From Eledone cirrhosa (Eukaryota), in NCBI GenBank assembly GCA_964016885.1, contig OZ024742.1:325624001-325688000 (forward strand): a stretch of 64,000 nucleotides of DNA, in the 5' to 3' direction. The notes under the pieces are model-generated. The model searched no databases, was not told where the DNA came from, and saw only the letters and a list, made by a program, of their open reading frames with translations. Positions 1 through 14,641 of this stretch are shown piece by piece (position 1 is the first letter of the stretch; every line of letters starts with the position of its first letter). The translations under genes and the position numbers were made by a program.

Positions 1-499
1 GCACATGAATTCAACCGCTCAAAATGCGACCTTGCAAATACATACTTCTCATTCGCTATTTGTATCATTTGCTATATCGTATAGAATGTAAATGAATCGG
101 TATATAACCATTGTTATTAAGTCAGGTTTGTGCAATGTGCACATAAAATTATAAGTATGGCAGTAAACGTTTATTGATTGAAACTTTACATTAGTAGACA
201 TACGACGTTCAAAACACCTGGTGTTATGAACTAGTTAAATAACACAGCCTCAGTCACCCAGCTTCTCCTCAACAATCCTGGAGAAAGATATCCAAAAGCT
301 GTCCTTTAAAGAAACAGGTATGCGTGCTGAGATTGGAGAACTAAATTCCTTTTTTTATTATCGTGCTTCTAGAATCTACCTTTATATACATAGATCGGTT
401 GTTGAATAATATATGAGATTCCTAGGAATTATTCAGCGAATAATAAGTAAGTAAATGCTGGAATTCTGGTTAAGTAGATAGAAACACACGAACACAGAG

Positions 500-615
500 C
501 AACAAGTCTTTGCTTAAACTTTAATCTATTATTTTAATACATATTTGCTGTACGGTTTTTTATATAATCCTTATCAAACCCCCTTCGGATTTTGGTATTC
601 ATATTTATTATTATT
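500..615 (+). mobile_element. Diverged 3' terminus of the PLE family at 30.8-36.0 kb
   Basis: TCTTTGCTTAAACTTTAATCTATTATTTTAATACATATTTGCTGTACGG... matches 32662-32787 and 35909-36033. Confidence 0.75.
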
Positions 616-620
616 TTATC

Positions 621-1230
621 GGCGGTGGATTGGCAGTATCGGTAGACGGGTCGGACGCCATGCTTTCCAGCATAGTTACGTCCCTTTACGATCTGAATTC
701 AAATCCCGCCGAGGTTGACTTTGCCTTTCATCCTTATGGGGTCGATAAAATAAAGTACCAGTAATACACTGGAAACAATTATTACTATATATGTTGAGGG
801 CGGTGGATTGGCAGTATCGGTAGAGGGTCGGACGCCATACTTTGCAGCATAGAGTTACGGCTCTTTATGATCTGAGTTCAAATCCCGCCGAGGTTAACTT
901 TGCCTTCCATCCTTATGGGGTCGATAAAATAAAGTACCAGTCACGCCCTGGGGTCGATTTAATCGACTTTCCCCTCCCCCGAAATTAATGGCATTGTGCC
1001 ACTATAAGAAACCATTATTACTATATATTTTGAGGGCCGTGGATCGGCAGTATCGGTAGAGAGTAGGACACCATGCTTTGAATCATAGAGTTACGTCCCT
1101 TTATGATCTGAGTTCAAATCCCACCGGTTAACTTTGCCTTTCATCCTTACGGGGTCGATAAAATAAAGTACCAGTAATGTACTAGGTAATTGTTGGCCTT
1201 GTGCCAAAAATATAAACAATTATTACTATA
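621..1230 (+). mobile_element. Three tandem copies of a tRNA-derived SINE (about 621-790, 798-1025, 1033-1230)
   Basis: Each copy has TGGCAGTATCGGTAG (A-box-like; CGG in copy 3), GAGTTCAAATCC (B-box-like; GAATTCAAATCC in copy 1) and the core CTTTGCCTTTCATCCTTAYGGGGTCGATAAAATAAAGTACCAG (Nin/Deu-domain-like). Each ends near GAAACAATTATTACTAT. Confidence 0.85.
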
Positions 1231-1554
1231 TAGTAAGAGTCGGGTATATATATATATATATATATATATGCCCGACTCTGCACGTCACCTTAAGCAAGAA
1301 CATCGCCTGAGCCGACCGGGACAGGTTGACCCGGATTTTACTGACTTTCAGTCAAACACCTTACACCTATAGGACAACATACCTCAACCACAGTGACATA
1401 CTCCAGTATGGCCGGGCCACGCACCCCCATGCATGTGTACCTTTTCAATCGAGAATCCATACTCTCCACATATTCCGTTTTGGAACACATTATTTGTTCC
1501 GTATATGTGTGTGTGTCTGATGGTAGCCTCTTAGCTACCACCAGACACACACAC

Positions 1555-1601
<47 letters not shown>

Positions 1602-2107
1602 TGTGTGTGTGTGTTTATATATAAATATAAATCAGGAGGGAAACTGGTTAGACGATTACTCAGCAGAGTGCATGTTACTTGGTGTAGTAGTGTTTGGTTA
1701 TATCATGAAGATTTGATACCCTTTCCGTCTCAAAAATAATTCCAGACTGAGTCTGGAACTAGCTGTTTAAACAGCAAGAGCTCAGCCACCGGGATCCCGA
1801 CTCTTTATTATATATATATATGATATGATAAGATATGTTAATACATTCCTTTTCAGTTTCCAACAAGCGTCAAACTAATAGGAAATTATGTAACTGTATG
1901 CGTGCATGTAAAAACATTGTATCTATTATATGAAAATATGCATATATGAAACATTTGTACGAAAGCTATCTATATATAAACTTGTAAACTCGTTTCGGCA
2001 GATTACATAAATTTGGAGGTATTTTTTGTGTGATTGTATCAGCTTCAAACAAACATGTATACATGTGTTTGAAAGTGTATGAAGGTAACTTTCAATATAT
2101 ATATGGG

Positions 2108-2153
<46 letters not shown>

Positions 2154-2166
2154 CTGGGGGTGGTGG

Positions 2167-2238
<72 letters not shown>

Positions 2239-2619
2239 CAAATATATGCTTGCCATTCATTAATATTTATATAGTTTGGCAACAGAGAAGGTATCGCTTT
2301 CTAAGAAACTAATATTCTTAACATGGTAATTTGAAAAATAATAAACCAGGAAAATAATATTTCGACAAATAAAAGATTTAAATTATTTTAAATTCATATT
2401 TTTTAAACAATTTCTTCATATATTTTCTCATATATAAACAAACGCAGTTTTCTTTTAAGTTACTGTTTTCAGATTAGATAATTTTACATAACCAGATGGC
2501 TGTACGTTTAAATAATTTCGCTTGACAACAACGAGGTTCCGAATTTAATCCATTTATGAGCCAGATTTAGTTAATATCACCTTAATTAGAATGGAATATG
2601 ATAGACGGAAACACTGTAT

Positions 2620-3100
2620 GTATGTTGTTGTCAGAGGGACTTGCTGAAACATGACAACAACATACTTAGGCGAGACAGCTCGTAGCATAGGTGAAAGGAT
2701 AGACCAACACTGGGGGGAACTAAAAGGACGGAAAAACGGTTCAGTACTATACTAACACGCCAGACAACAACATAACGGTAACATAGACATCATAGAAATT
2801 AAAATAATATCTAAACATAGAAATGAGCCAGCAGATTAGGCAAATCAGAGAGCCAAGTGAAATAGAACTTAGAAGGCCAAAGCTAAAGAGAAAAAATGAA
2901 TGGAATAACAACAACACCCAAACAAACAATACTGCCGTAAGAGAAATATACATACATAAATAAATATATACACAAGCACAATAACAACAAACATATAAAC
3001 ACACACTAGTAAACTAAGATAGAATACAATAACCAAAACAGTCACCCAAACGCGAACACACACCATACACTATAAACACACGCAAACGCATGCCTTTGAC
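2620..3100 (+). mobile_element. PLE 3' fragment (GIY-YIG remnant plus 3' UTR)
   Basis: Reads YLGETARSIGERIDQH at about 2663-2710. 2760-3095 is the reverse complement of 59640-59960. Confidence 0.65.
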
Positions 3101-3665
3101 ACCATCCTCCAGAACATCCCTGTGTTGAAAAAGGACCATAGAATGAACCAAATCCTACGAACACACGATATCATAAAGAGAAAAAGACAATCCAAGTCAA
3201 TGAAAAACATCCTAACACATGCCAAAGTACTGCCAACCACAACAACGAAACCCACAGTAAAAAAAATGCGATAAACCCAACTGTGGCATTTGCATCAACC
3301 TAATAGAGGGTTCGGAATTCTATTTCAAAGAAGGACAACGTTTTATAGTAAAACACAATTTCACATGTGCATCGGAAAATCTAATATATGTATTAACTTG
3401 CTCAGTTTGTCGAGAACAATACATAGGCCAGACCAAAAACAGCCTCCGCCAACGCATGACTGTCCATAGATCCCAAATTAAAATACGGGAATACAGGAAA
3501 ATACCACTGAGTGAACACATTGATACCTGTGCCGCCCCAAATCATCCCAACTTCAGAATCTTTCCCCTCTACAAATTTAAAGATAATGCCACCCACACCC
3601 AGCGCATCAGCAAGGAATCTTACTTTATTAACAAATACGGACCCCGTCTAAACACTTCCCGCTAA
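3100..3665 (+). pseudogene. PLE GIY-YIG endonuclease fragment, different family (Neptune-like layout)
   Basis: CxxC (CGIC), then CASENLIYVLTCSVCREQYIGQTKNSLRQRMTVHRSQI...KESYFINKYGPRLN; frameshifted upstream. Confidence 0.8.
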
Positions 3666-3783
3666 GACGAATCCACAACATACACACGTCAACATACATA
3701 CCTACATCAGCACACATCTCTACCCACATATAAACACAATGACATACGTAAACACACATGTTCTATGGTGCAACACAAAAAAA

Positions 3784-3822
<39 letters not shown>

Positions 3823-4071
3823 TGAATATATGTATATATATATATATATAGTGAATATCATTTCACACCTTTTATTGTTAAGATTTTTGATGTTCTATTA
3901 AGAGAACCGATTTTACGGAAAATATCGAATAATGTACACCCTTTTACCAGGGGGAAAACAATACTGGTCCACCCACACATACACACATTCTCACACACAC
4001 ACATACACACATATATACACACACACACACACATACACACGCGTACATTAACATACAAAGAGACTTCTACA

Positions 4072-4120
<49 letters not shown>

Positions 4121-4380
4121 CTCCGTATAAGACAAAAGCTGAAAAATATCTTTTGACATGCTAAAATACCCCCCACTGCTTACAGATACATTCCTACTGA
4201 CCATCCCGCTACCACGAATTACTCTGCTATACACACACACACACTTATCTTAATAGCCATTTGAACTGTCAACAGGCTGCGGTTCGCACACACATCCCTG
4301 CTAACCATTATCACAACATCGAACACTTTACTACTACTACACACACACACACACATATTTGTTGTGAAAGAGTCATTTCT

Positions 4381-4624
4381 CAGTCTTGGCGCAAAATCAA
4401 TTTTTTACATTCACATGACCTCTACCGACCAATCAAAATTGTTTTGACCACAATTTTTGCAACACCAAGTAGCGCTGGAGCCACTTTTTTAACATAAAAA
4501 CAGTCTTGGCGCAAAATCAATTTTTTACATTCACATGACCTCTACCGACCAATCAAAATTGTTTTGACCACAAGAATTTTTGCAACACCAAGTAGCGCTG
4601 GAGCCACTTTTTTAACAGAAAAAC
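4381..4624 (+). repeat. Tandem duplication of about 120 bp
   Basis: CAGTCTTGGCGCAAAATC...TTTTTAACA at 4381 and again at 4501. Confidence 0.95.
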
Positions 4625-4659
4625 AGGTAGAATTCCCAAAAGTAATCAGATCAGAGCAA

Positions 4660-4848
4660 ACAACACGGACGCTCTATCTCAAAATGTTTTTGAAAAGCAT
4701 TAAGAAATGCGCAACCGGTAAAAACTTGAAAATGTTAAACCACAACTGAATACTAACCCATACAATTACTAATACTCTTTTATTCCTAATTAAACTATTT
4801 TTCAACTGTGCACAACTTGTAAGCTTTTTCTATTCTGTTTACCAATAT
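4660..4848 (+). mobile_element. PLE-like 3' terminus family with variant HHR (also about 23708-23865 and 51705-51892)
   Basis: Three similar copies ending at (TA)n, each containing TTGAAAA GCAT..ATGC GCAA CCGG TA AAA. Confidence 0.7.
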
Positions 4849-4880
4849 ATAATAACTTGTGTGTTACACCTCTATTCTTT

Positions 4881-5019
<139 letters not shown>

Positions 5020-5056
5020 TGTATATTTTTATCAAATGATCTATGGACATACTTTA

Positions 5057-5155
<99 letters not shown>

Positions 5156-5281
5156 ATAAGTATGTATTTTTCCGTTTATATATATGTTTATTTATATATA
5201 TATACATTTCTCTTGGGGTTAATCACTACATTGATTAAATCTTAATCATTTAATATCTCAGGGTATGTCATGTATCATTAT

Positions 5282-5334
5282 ATTTTGTCGGATGAGGACG
5301 TACTGTTGTACATCCGAAATATGTATAATAAAAT
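5282..5334 (+). ncRNA. Minimal type-I hammerhead motif with a core mutation (CGGATGA)
   Basis: ATTTTGT CGGATGA GGACGTAC-TGTT-GTACATCC GAAA TATGTA TA ATAAAAT; same family as 20018-20079. Confidence 0.65.
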
Positions 5335-5575
5335 GTAAATGATCAAAAGAACATCTATTTTATTAATATTTGTATTTTAATATTAATAACTCAGGAAAAT
5401 TATTTTCCTCGTAGAGTGCTTCCAATCTACTGTAAAACTCATTCTTTGACATACTCATTGAATATAGTTTAACACTTTAATATATATATATACATACATA
5501 TATAATGACGGCGATGGATTTGTTTTTCGAGATTTTTTATATGAAATCGAGTGTCGAAACAAATATTGTTAAACT

Positions 5576-5903
5576 TGTGAGGGTCTTTTTGTTGTAATAA
5601 TATTGCCAAAAATAATAACAGAACGAATTCACTGTTTGGTTGGTTTTCTGTTCTGTATCTTTTGTATTTCTACAGTTAAAAATGGCGTAGATATACAATA
5701 CAACAGGAGGAACACAATCGTACCACTGATGATGTTGCAGATGTATAACGAAATAACGTTGTTAGACTATATATATATGTGTTTATATCTATATTATATC
5801 TGTATTTTTAACCGTTGGTCAGTCAATGGTAAACTTTGAGGACCGAATGAATTAACTGTGGAGATATAAAAGATACAGAAACGAAAACCAAGCAAACAGT
5901 GAA

Positions 5904-5905
<2 letters not shown>
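5576..5905. mobile_element. PLE terminus with inverted arms and HHR-like motif (family also at 25820-26082 and 59290-59560)
   Basis: TTCACTGTTTGGTTGGTTTTC (about 5628) is inverted at about 5884-5903. Internal CCA CTGATGA TGTTGCAGATGTATAAC GAAA at 5723-5753. Confidence 0.65.
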
Positions 5906-5965
<60 letters not shown>

Positions 5966-5966
5966 G

Positions 5967-6034
<68 letters not shown>

Positions 6035-6039
6035 TTTAT

Positions 6040-6420
6040 CCCGGGTTCAACCGGGAGTTACCACAGTAAGTAAGGTACTCAATACAAAGCAAATTATAAA
6101 AATTTAATATAGAAAAGCTTCTATAGGATTAGAACTGTTTCATTACGGAGAAATCTTCACGAAGCCGGAAGTATTATTTCCTTGAAGGGATCGGGATGTT
6201 CTTCATGGAGACATCGAGGTACTCGCTGAACACTGCCCGAATTGCATGCACACAAGATTTGCAACTTCCAAATAACTTAAGCTAGTTTTGAAGCCAGAAG
6301 GACAAAAAATATAAAAACACTCAACAAAATATCCCATCCACTTCTATCTCACCCTACTCCTACCCCTATATCTACCTGCCTCACGGTACTATGGTTATGT
6401 AAGTATATCTTACATATCTG
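6040..6420 (-). mobile_element. PLE 3' end (tail plus decayed HHR at 6117-6165)
   Basis: The tail at 6040-6086 is the reverse complement of 6922-6968. The HHR core is mutated to GTGAAGA. Confidence 0.6.
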
Positions 6421-6457
6421 CCTTTTCCACATGTATAAGGTACTTGAATTGTGCCTC

Positions 6458-6512
<55 letters not shown>

Positions 6513-6601
6513 GTATATATGTTGTATGTTTGTGTACGTGTGTGAATTTATATAAATATATATGTGTGTGTATAAGTGTATACATGTGTAGGTATGTATA
6601 A

Positions 6602-6659
<58 letters not shown>

Positions 6660-6791
6660 ATACATGTAAATCAGAGTGTGTATATATGTGTGTGTATCTC
6701 TGTATGTGTGTATATATGTGTATATATATGTGTATATATGTTTATGTATTTATATGTGTGTATGTGTATATATATATGTATGTATATATGC

Positions 6792-6848
<57 letters not shown>

Positions 6849-6857
6849 ATAGAAGGA

Positions 6858-6906
6858 GCTTCTACAGGACTAGTACTGTTTCATTCAGATGAAATCTTCA
6901 GGAAGC
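6858..6906 (-). ncRNA. Type-I hammerhead ribozyme with intact core
   Basis: Minus strand reads GCTTC CTGAAGA TTTCA-TC-TGAAT GAAA CAG-TACTAGTC-CTG TA GAAGC. Stem I is GCTTC/GAAGC and the triplet is GUA. A decayed plus-strand relative lies at 8141-8189. Confidence 0.75.
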
Positions 6907-6974
6907 ATTGGCAAACTGCCATGTATTGAGTACCTTACTTACTGTGGTTATCCCCGACTCAACCCGGGACCTAC

Positions 6975-7038
<64 letters not shown>

Positions 7039-8444
7039 AGAAGTAAAAATATATATCCAGAAGCTGGATATTTTTTTATGTAAGCTGACGGTAACTGATT
7101 TAGGACCCGCAGAAACCAAATTGCTAGAATTTACCATCCTTCTAGCGGGTTCGGGTAAAGATTTTTCATTCATATATATATTATTATTTGTCTGACCCGA
7201 ATTTTCATGGTCGTTTTTTCAGCTGTGCGAATGATTTTAAGCATTATCTCAGTGTGTTGGTATTTAAACGTTAGTTATAGCTCTGGTTTATCCAAACTAT
7301 TGAGCACTTTGCCACACTTTTCGAAGATTGTGTTTCGTTATTTTGTGGGCCTAGATTCCGATTCTCGAGAATTTATTTTTATTTTTATATATATATATAT
7401 ATATAAAAAAGAAAATTTCAAGAAACTCAGATTACATTTATTGTATTCAGCCATGTAGAGCGAAATTTTCTTTTTCATTTGAATTTGGCAAAGCCGGCCA
7501 TTTATCGCTCGTATACAGGAACCTGACTGGCCAGTCTGCTGATATGCAAATCTGGCTGATCAATGAATCTGCTAATATGCGGATCTGACTGATCCGTCAG
7601 TTTGCCAATATGCAAGCAGTCCGATCAGTCACTGTGTCTTTTGGAAAATGGCATATATTTTCACTAGCTCTGACAATTTGGCAGGTGAACAGTGAGCTGT
7701 ACTGATGACGGCTGATACCCAGAAACATTAGTGTCTGCAGTTCTGTTCGCGTGCCAACACAAGAGCAAGAATGAAGTGTTCATTCTCCTGACATGGCTAT
7801 AAAATTGAGGCTTGTTTGCAGAATAGCAAACGAATCGAATGTTATTATTAACATGCGAAAAACTCAGATTACATTTATATATATATGTGTGTGTGTGTGT
7901 GTATATGTATGTATGTGTATATCTATATATATTGTGTGTGTGTATCTATATGCATGTATCTGTATATATATATATATGTATATATATATGTGTGTGAACC
8001 TCTCTAGAGAATTCTTTCTGCCTTTGTTGTTCTAAATATAGTTTTTAAAGAATTCCCTTTTCTTTAAACATATCAACCAATCACCACACTCTCCTACGAC
8101 CAGAAAAGATATAAATACCACCATATTACTTAGACAGCCTGCTTTCTGATGATTTCTCCACAATTAAACAGTTCCAGTCCAGTAGAAGCCTTTCTATATT
8201 AAATATATATATATATATATACGTGTGTGTGTGTGCATTTGTATGTGTGTGTATGTGTGCGTGTATTTGTGTGTGTATGTATGTATTCATGTATGTTGGC
8301 ATGTATATATATATATATATACTTTGCTTCAGCACCACGTACGTAAGAGGATCATATGCCGGACAAAATAGTCAAATCACTGTGTCTGACATATACAAAT
8401 GGCAGCCAAGATAGCTTAGAACATTCATAGCGAGACTTATGTGT

Positions 8445-8622
8445 GGGCAGTATCGGTAGAGAGTCGGACACTATGCTTTGAATCATAGAGTTACGTCCCT
8501 TTATGATCTGAGATCAAATCCCGCCGAGGTTAATTTGCCTTTCATCCTTACGGGGTCGATAAAATAAAGTACCAGTAATACACTGGTTAATTGCTGGCCT
8601 TGTGCCAAAAGTAGAAACAATT
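8445..8622 (+). mobile_element. tRNA-derived SINE copy
   Basis: Same head, core and tail as the copies at 621-1230. Confidence 0.85.
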
Positions 8623-11600
8623 ATACATAAACATATCGTATATCCGTTCATGTACACCTCTATTGTGTATCACCCTAAGTTGATGCTACTGAAAACAAAT
8701 TGAATTTAATTTAGTTGCCCCCACACATAAATTGTAATTTGATTTCGAGTTGAGACGATACACATTATTTGTAAATAATTGTCTCAAGCACCCTGAATTA
8801 CAAATGGGTTTCTAAAATACACGACGTTTTATTAAATAGAAACTGTCACATCAATTACATTGTTAATGATGATCGTAAAATCTTAAACAATAGATGAAGT
8901 TATATCCCGCCACACCGACATAATTTAATTCAGAGTACTTACGTGAAAATTAAATGATCATAGGCGTAATTTAAAGTTATTTCATCAGTCATCATAAATA
9001 TTATTGTCAGAGCTGTTTCGAAATGAACAAAAACATTGCAATGGCAAATTTTCTCACGTTTCGTTTCGATTAAACATTTTCTATTTTTTTTTTAAATGCT
9101 TCTTTGTCTTTAATTTTAATCAAATCTAGATTCGATAATACCCGAATCCGAGGTTACAAACTAACAGAGCCTTTGATTGTTGAAGTATGCAGAGCTTCAT
9201 TTTAATAATAAATCTCCTAAGTAAACTTACCTATAATTGCATTATCTTATTCCTTGTCAGTCTACTTGTAGTTTCCGTCTTACGTCTGGAATTCACATTA
9301 ATTGTGTCACATGATGGTATTTGTCACAAGAATATATATACTTACTAAATGTATTGGATTATATACCTTATAGTGTAATATGTAGTTAACGTGTATTGCT
9401 TGTTTCAGACCATTTAAGGTGTCTATGCTTGTTTTAGAAGACCTAAGATGCCTATACTTGAATGTATAATAACTGACTAAACTATACGTAAAGAGACTAA
9501 TGCGATTTGATCTGGGATCAAAATCACTACAGCCTATTTCTTGCTCGGTTGAACTCGATTATTAACCTCATACATGTGGAAAAAAATATATACATATGTC
9601 AAATTGTTTCGTGTCACCATGCAGTAAATGTTAAATTTCATTGAAATTAAACAGTATTAAAATCACTGACTTTGCTTCATATTCATTGTTAGAAATTGTA
9701 TTCTCTCAAAATATCATACCACAAATGTTGAACTATAATGTCAAAGGTTACGAGTCTCCAGCAGGGCAGATCAAATATTCATGGTATTTCTGGCGCAGAT
9801 AATAGCTGAGATGATTGTAACAAAGTGAGTGATACCTACAAATGCACCCACACATACACAAAATACCCTCCAACACACAAACAGACACACACACACACAT
9901 AAACACACTTAAACACATGCATGAAAAATATATATAGAGAGGGGGAGATGGAAAGAGGGACACTGAGGAAGAAAGTATTGCAGGGAGTATTTGTTAGAGA
10001 GAGATATGTACGTGGTTGCGAAGTTGAATTACGAAAGTATGTGCTCTCTATAAAGCAGCATAATCGTACGTTACATATTTTAATCCCTGGATTTCTTTGG
10101 AGTTTATGGAATTAGAAGTTCCATAGTTTCCGCGGTAAAAATGTACACATGTATTTATTTACAGCTAAAGTTGTGTATCACAGATGCATAATTAATCATC
10201 AGCCATATCCAAATCCGTTAATACCTCGAAAATCAGTTACTAGCAATAACTTTGTTTACAAAATATGTTTCAAGTTTATTGTAAGAGAAGAAACGTCTGG
10301 GCGATCAGAGAATTAATGTCACTCTTGAAACAGGTTTGCATTATACAGGTGAGGTTTGTAGACACCAAGAGTGGCATCTATATTTAGGACTTTATGAATA
10401 CGGTATGTCATGTGCCAGGTAATGACATATTAATGAACTGTATAGGAAGTAGGGTGTTTTGTGCTTGATGTAGCTCCCTACGGATATGGTAACGAAATGC
10501 TTTTATGATTTGGAGTCTGATATTCCAACAAACGTTTGGTTCTAGTGAGTTTTTCTAAATTAAGCTACATTTGCAGAACCTATAACTTTAATATATGGCC
10601 TGTTCTACTCTGTGATCTTCCAGTAAATGCTGTAGTCATCGTAGATACATTTCAATTTTAAAGTATTACTGAAGAATCTTGTTGATTTTCTGTCAGCCAA
10701 GTGGCTGACTAATGCTATGGGATTATTAAATCCTTCTTTGAATTGCATATCGCTTTCCTTTGGTGCGCAGTAGGGTTTGATTTACCAGACCTTTGTCTCA
10801 TAAATTATAGCTCCTGTCTTACAGGCATCATCTAAGGGCTCCATTCCTACATGAGCTGTTAGCCACTTTAGTTTCTAAGCGGGCTTAAGTTTAACTCTAC
10901 TTGTATAACAGACAATGGAGGAAAAACAATTTTTAGGTTATGCCTATTCAATAGCTTCCTATATACATATACATCTAGTGGGAAAATGATCATCTATTAA
11001 CGTTTGGGCTGCTCTGTCAATATTGTTTTGGACTTTGAATAAGAAGGGTGGTGTCAACCAGATTGTATTTTGGGCGTCTATTCCACTTCGCCAGGTTTGG
11101 ACTGTAATTTTCTCCTCATAGCCACTCTCCTGTGTGGCTTATCGAATGCATAACTCGTCACGGAAACATTGGAAACGATTCTACCAGTGATTTTGACTTG
11201 TTTTAAAACCTTTATGCGGTTTGTGACAGAATTCAGCATCAATACGAAATAGTCTTCCGTGAAGTCTCCTAAATGTTTTGTATAGTTTGTCCTTTAGGTT
11301 TACAAGAATTAGGCTGGTTCCTATCATAATTACTATTTCGAAGGATTAAAATGTTCTTGCTATATATCTCCTTGGCCAAGATTATGTGTGTATGTTTATG
11401 AAGTTTGTGATAGTTAGTACTTCATCTATGTGCAGCCTGATAGCCAAGTGTGGTAATAGACCACCTAGATAGCCTACTAGATATAATCAACCGAATCGCA
11501 TACATCTAGCCAGTCAAAATAGGCTTTACTAACGGAAAAGGGGCTGTTCAGATATGCTACTGCTGCCGAAGAGGCTTCTACTTGCGAGAATTAGCATATT

Positions 11601-12255
11601 AAGGTTCTTGTCCTTTATGGGGTAGATTATATCTCGGAAATCTATGGCTTCATCTAATAGGTCAATGAATATCGAAGAGTAAAATCTGCATATCCCATTG
11701 GATATATCTAGTGTTTTCTTCTTATATTGTTAACTAATTAAATTAATGTTCTCCCTGATATATTGTGAAATATTGGGTGAATTTGATTATTCAACTAATT
11801 AATTGGTATAGAAAATAGTATAATCCCTTCCAATAGTTTACTCATAACTACAATTTTTCTATTAGCTAGATTATATATACCACTATATATTTCATATAAT
11901 CGATGGGGTCTAAATAAATATACAACCTTCACGACTCAGTTAACCACGCCAATGGTTAAATCACTCTCAGTTGCTGCATAATGCACACCTGTTGGAAAAG
12001 GATCAATATCTACTTCATTGAACGCACAGACAAATCTAACATACACAAAGCTTTTGATATATATTAATCATTCAATCTCCGGAAATAACCAATATACGGG
12101 TTGTTTACATAGTTGATAAAAGGTGATGATTAGGTGTGACAGCTGTGACACACAATCTCGTATATATACATACATACATGATGATCGCTGCCCCGTTGTT
12201 ATCGTGTATGGCCATTACACGACAAAAATACACATATGCATATCCCCCCCCCCAT

Positions 12256-12346
<91 letters not shown>

Positions 12347-12360
12347 AATAATAAACGGTG

Positions 12361-12858
12361 CTGCAATCTAATGTGGCTTTCTAGCCCAGCCAATGAACTA
12401 AAATGTCTTGCACAGGGTTGGCAACTAGATAAACACATTCACTGGCAAAAGCCGGCTGTGGTTGGTCGTCATGTACTTTTGCATGTCGTTTGAGCCCTCC
12501 TGCTGATCTACACTCTTTTCCACATGTTCGACAGATATGATGAGTAGCATCTCCGACAGCAGCTTGGTAGTCAACCACTGGTCTCACTTTATGACTGCGA
12601 AGATAACCTTTGAGTCCAGCTTTGCTGAAGCAGAGTATTGCACAGATGCTGCATGTCAGCGCTATATGAGGACTCTTGCTGCCTGGAAATGTAACAGGAA
12701 TGCCTTTCCTGTCATCCAGTTTACTTTCTCGCATGCGATTCGACATGCTTCAAAAGCAACTTTCCTCTCATTCACAGTCTTTCTCCATTTACTACGATCA
12801 GGAGAGTTGTTAGCATCTTTCAAGGAGGCATTCAACGAAACATTAAGCCTAAATTTTT
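12361..12858 (-). pseudogene. 3' end of an RTE-like LINE with C-terminal C2H2 zinc fingers
   Basis: [12 protein letters not shown] motif, then CSIC..H and [21 protein letters not shown]; frameshifted. Confidence 0.7.
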
Positions 12859-12891
12859 GGTTTATACATACATATACATATGTGTGTGTGA

Positions 12892-12934
<43 letters not shown>

Positions 12935-12947
12935 GATATGTATATAC

Positions 12948-13021
<74 letters not shown>

Positions 13022-13023
<2 letters not shown>

Positions 13024-13277
13024 GTGGAGAAGTAAATAAAGGAGAACAAACCATTAAAACATGTTTATTTAAAATACCCATATCTCTCAAGTGTATCCCC
13101 TTACCCAGCAGAAAAACCTAGCTCATTTTAAATAAACATGTTTTAACTGTTTCTTCTCCTTTATTTACTTCTCCACGTGCTTCTGCTCTGCTAATTCTCT
13201 CGCCCACTAGATATTAACACTTGTAATATTTAACACTGCCGGCACTAGTATTGACCACCCTCTGCATACGCTACTGG

Positions 13278-13280
<3 letters not shown>
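13022..13280 (+). mobile_element. Fold-back PLE mini-insert in (TA)n
   Basis: Inverted arms 13022-13074 and 13126-13178 plus a ~100-bp one-sided tail. The loop encodes [12 protein letters not shown]. Confidence 0.65.
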
Positions 13281-13349
<69 letters not shown>

Positions 13350-13364
13350 ACATACATATATATG

Positions 13365-14174
<810 letters not shown>

Positions 14175-14184
14175 CCCTTTATTT

Positions 14185-14295
<111 letters not shown>

Positions 14296-14350
14296 ATATA
14301 TATACATACACACACACACACACACACAGATATATATATATATATGTATA

Positions 14351-14602
14351 TATAAAGAAAAAAAGATGAAATCGAAAATGCAACTGGATTCTTATTTGAT
14401 GTGAGAAAAACCACAGACTCTCCATCTCAACTCTACTTTTGAAAAGCAGAAGAACTGCGAAACCGGTAAAGGAACCAAATAAATATATATATATTTTTTA
14501 AAATAAGACTCCAGTTGCATTTTCGATTTCATCTGTTTTTCTTTATACTTTCACTCGTGTAGGACACCTTGGTTATTTTTCATTTTGTAAAAAAAAACTC
14601 AC

Positions 14603-14608
<6 letters not shown>
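14351..14608 (+). mobile_element. Fold-back PLE terminus containing a U3-A8 minimal HHR (14436-14471)
   Basis: Arms 14351-14397 and 14502-14547. CTT TTGAAAA GCAG-AAGAA-CTGC GAAA CCGG TA AAG. Confidence 0.7.

Positions 14609-14641
<33 letters not shown>

Noticed and set aside
1236-1806. Segment with short inverted ends AGAGTCGGG/CCCGACTCT and hairpin TTCCAGACT-G-AGTCTGGAA
   Set aside because: Probably another PLE terminus, but it is too decayed to assign.
7700-7735. CTGATGA..GAAA hammerhead-like motif
   Set aside because: Stems I and II do not pair convincingly.
10400-11750. Very old LINE RT remnant on the minus strand
   Set aside because: Only faint motif resemblance; it cannot be supported without a profile search.
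12381-12746. Host C2H2 zinc-finger gene
   Set aside because: The fingers follow a DRxxWR LINE motif in a frameshifted fragment, so this is a retrotransposon C-terminus.
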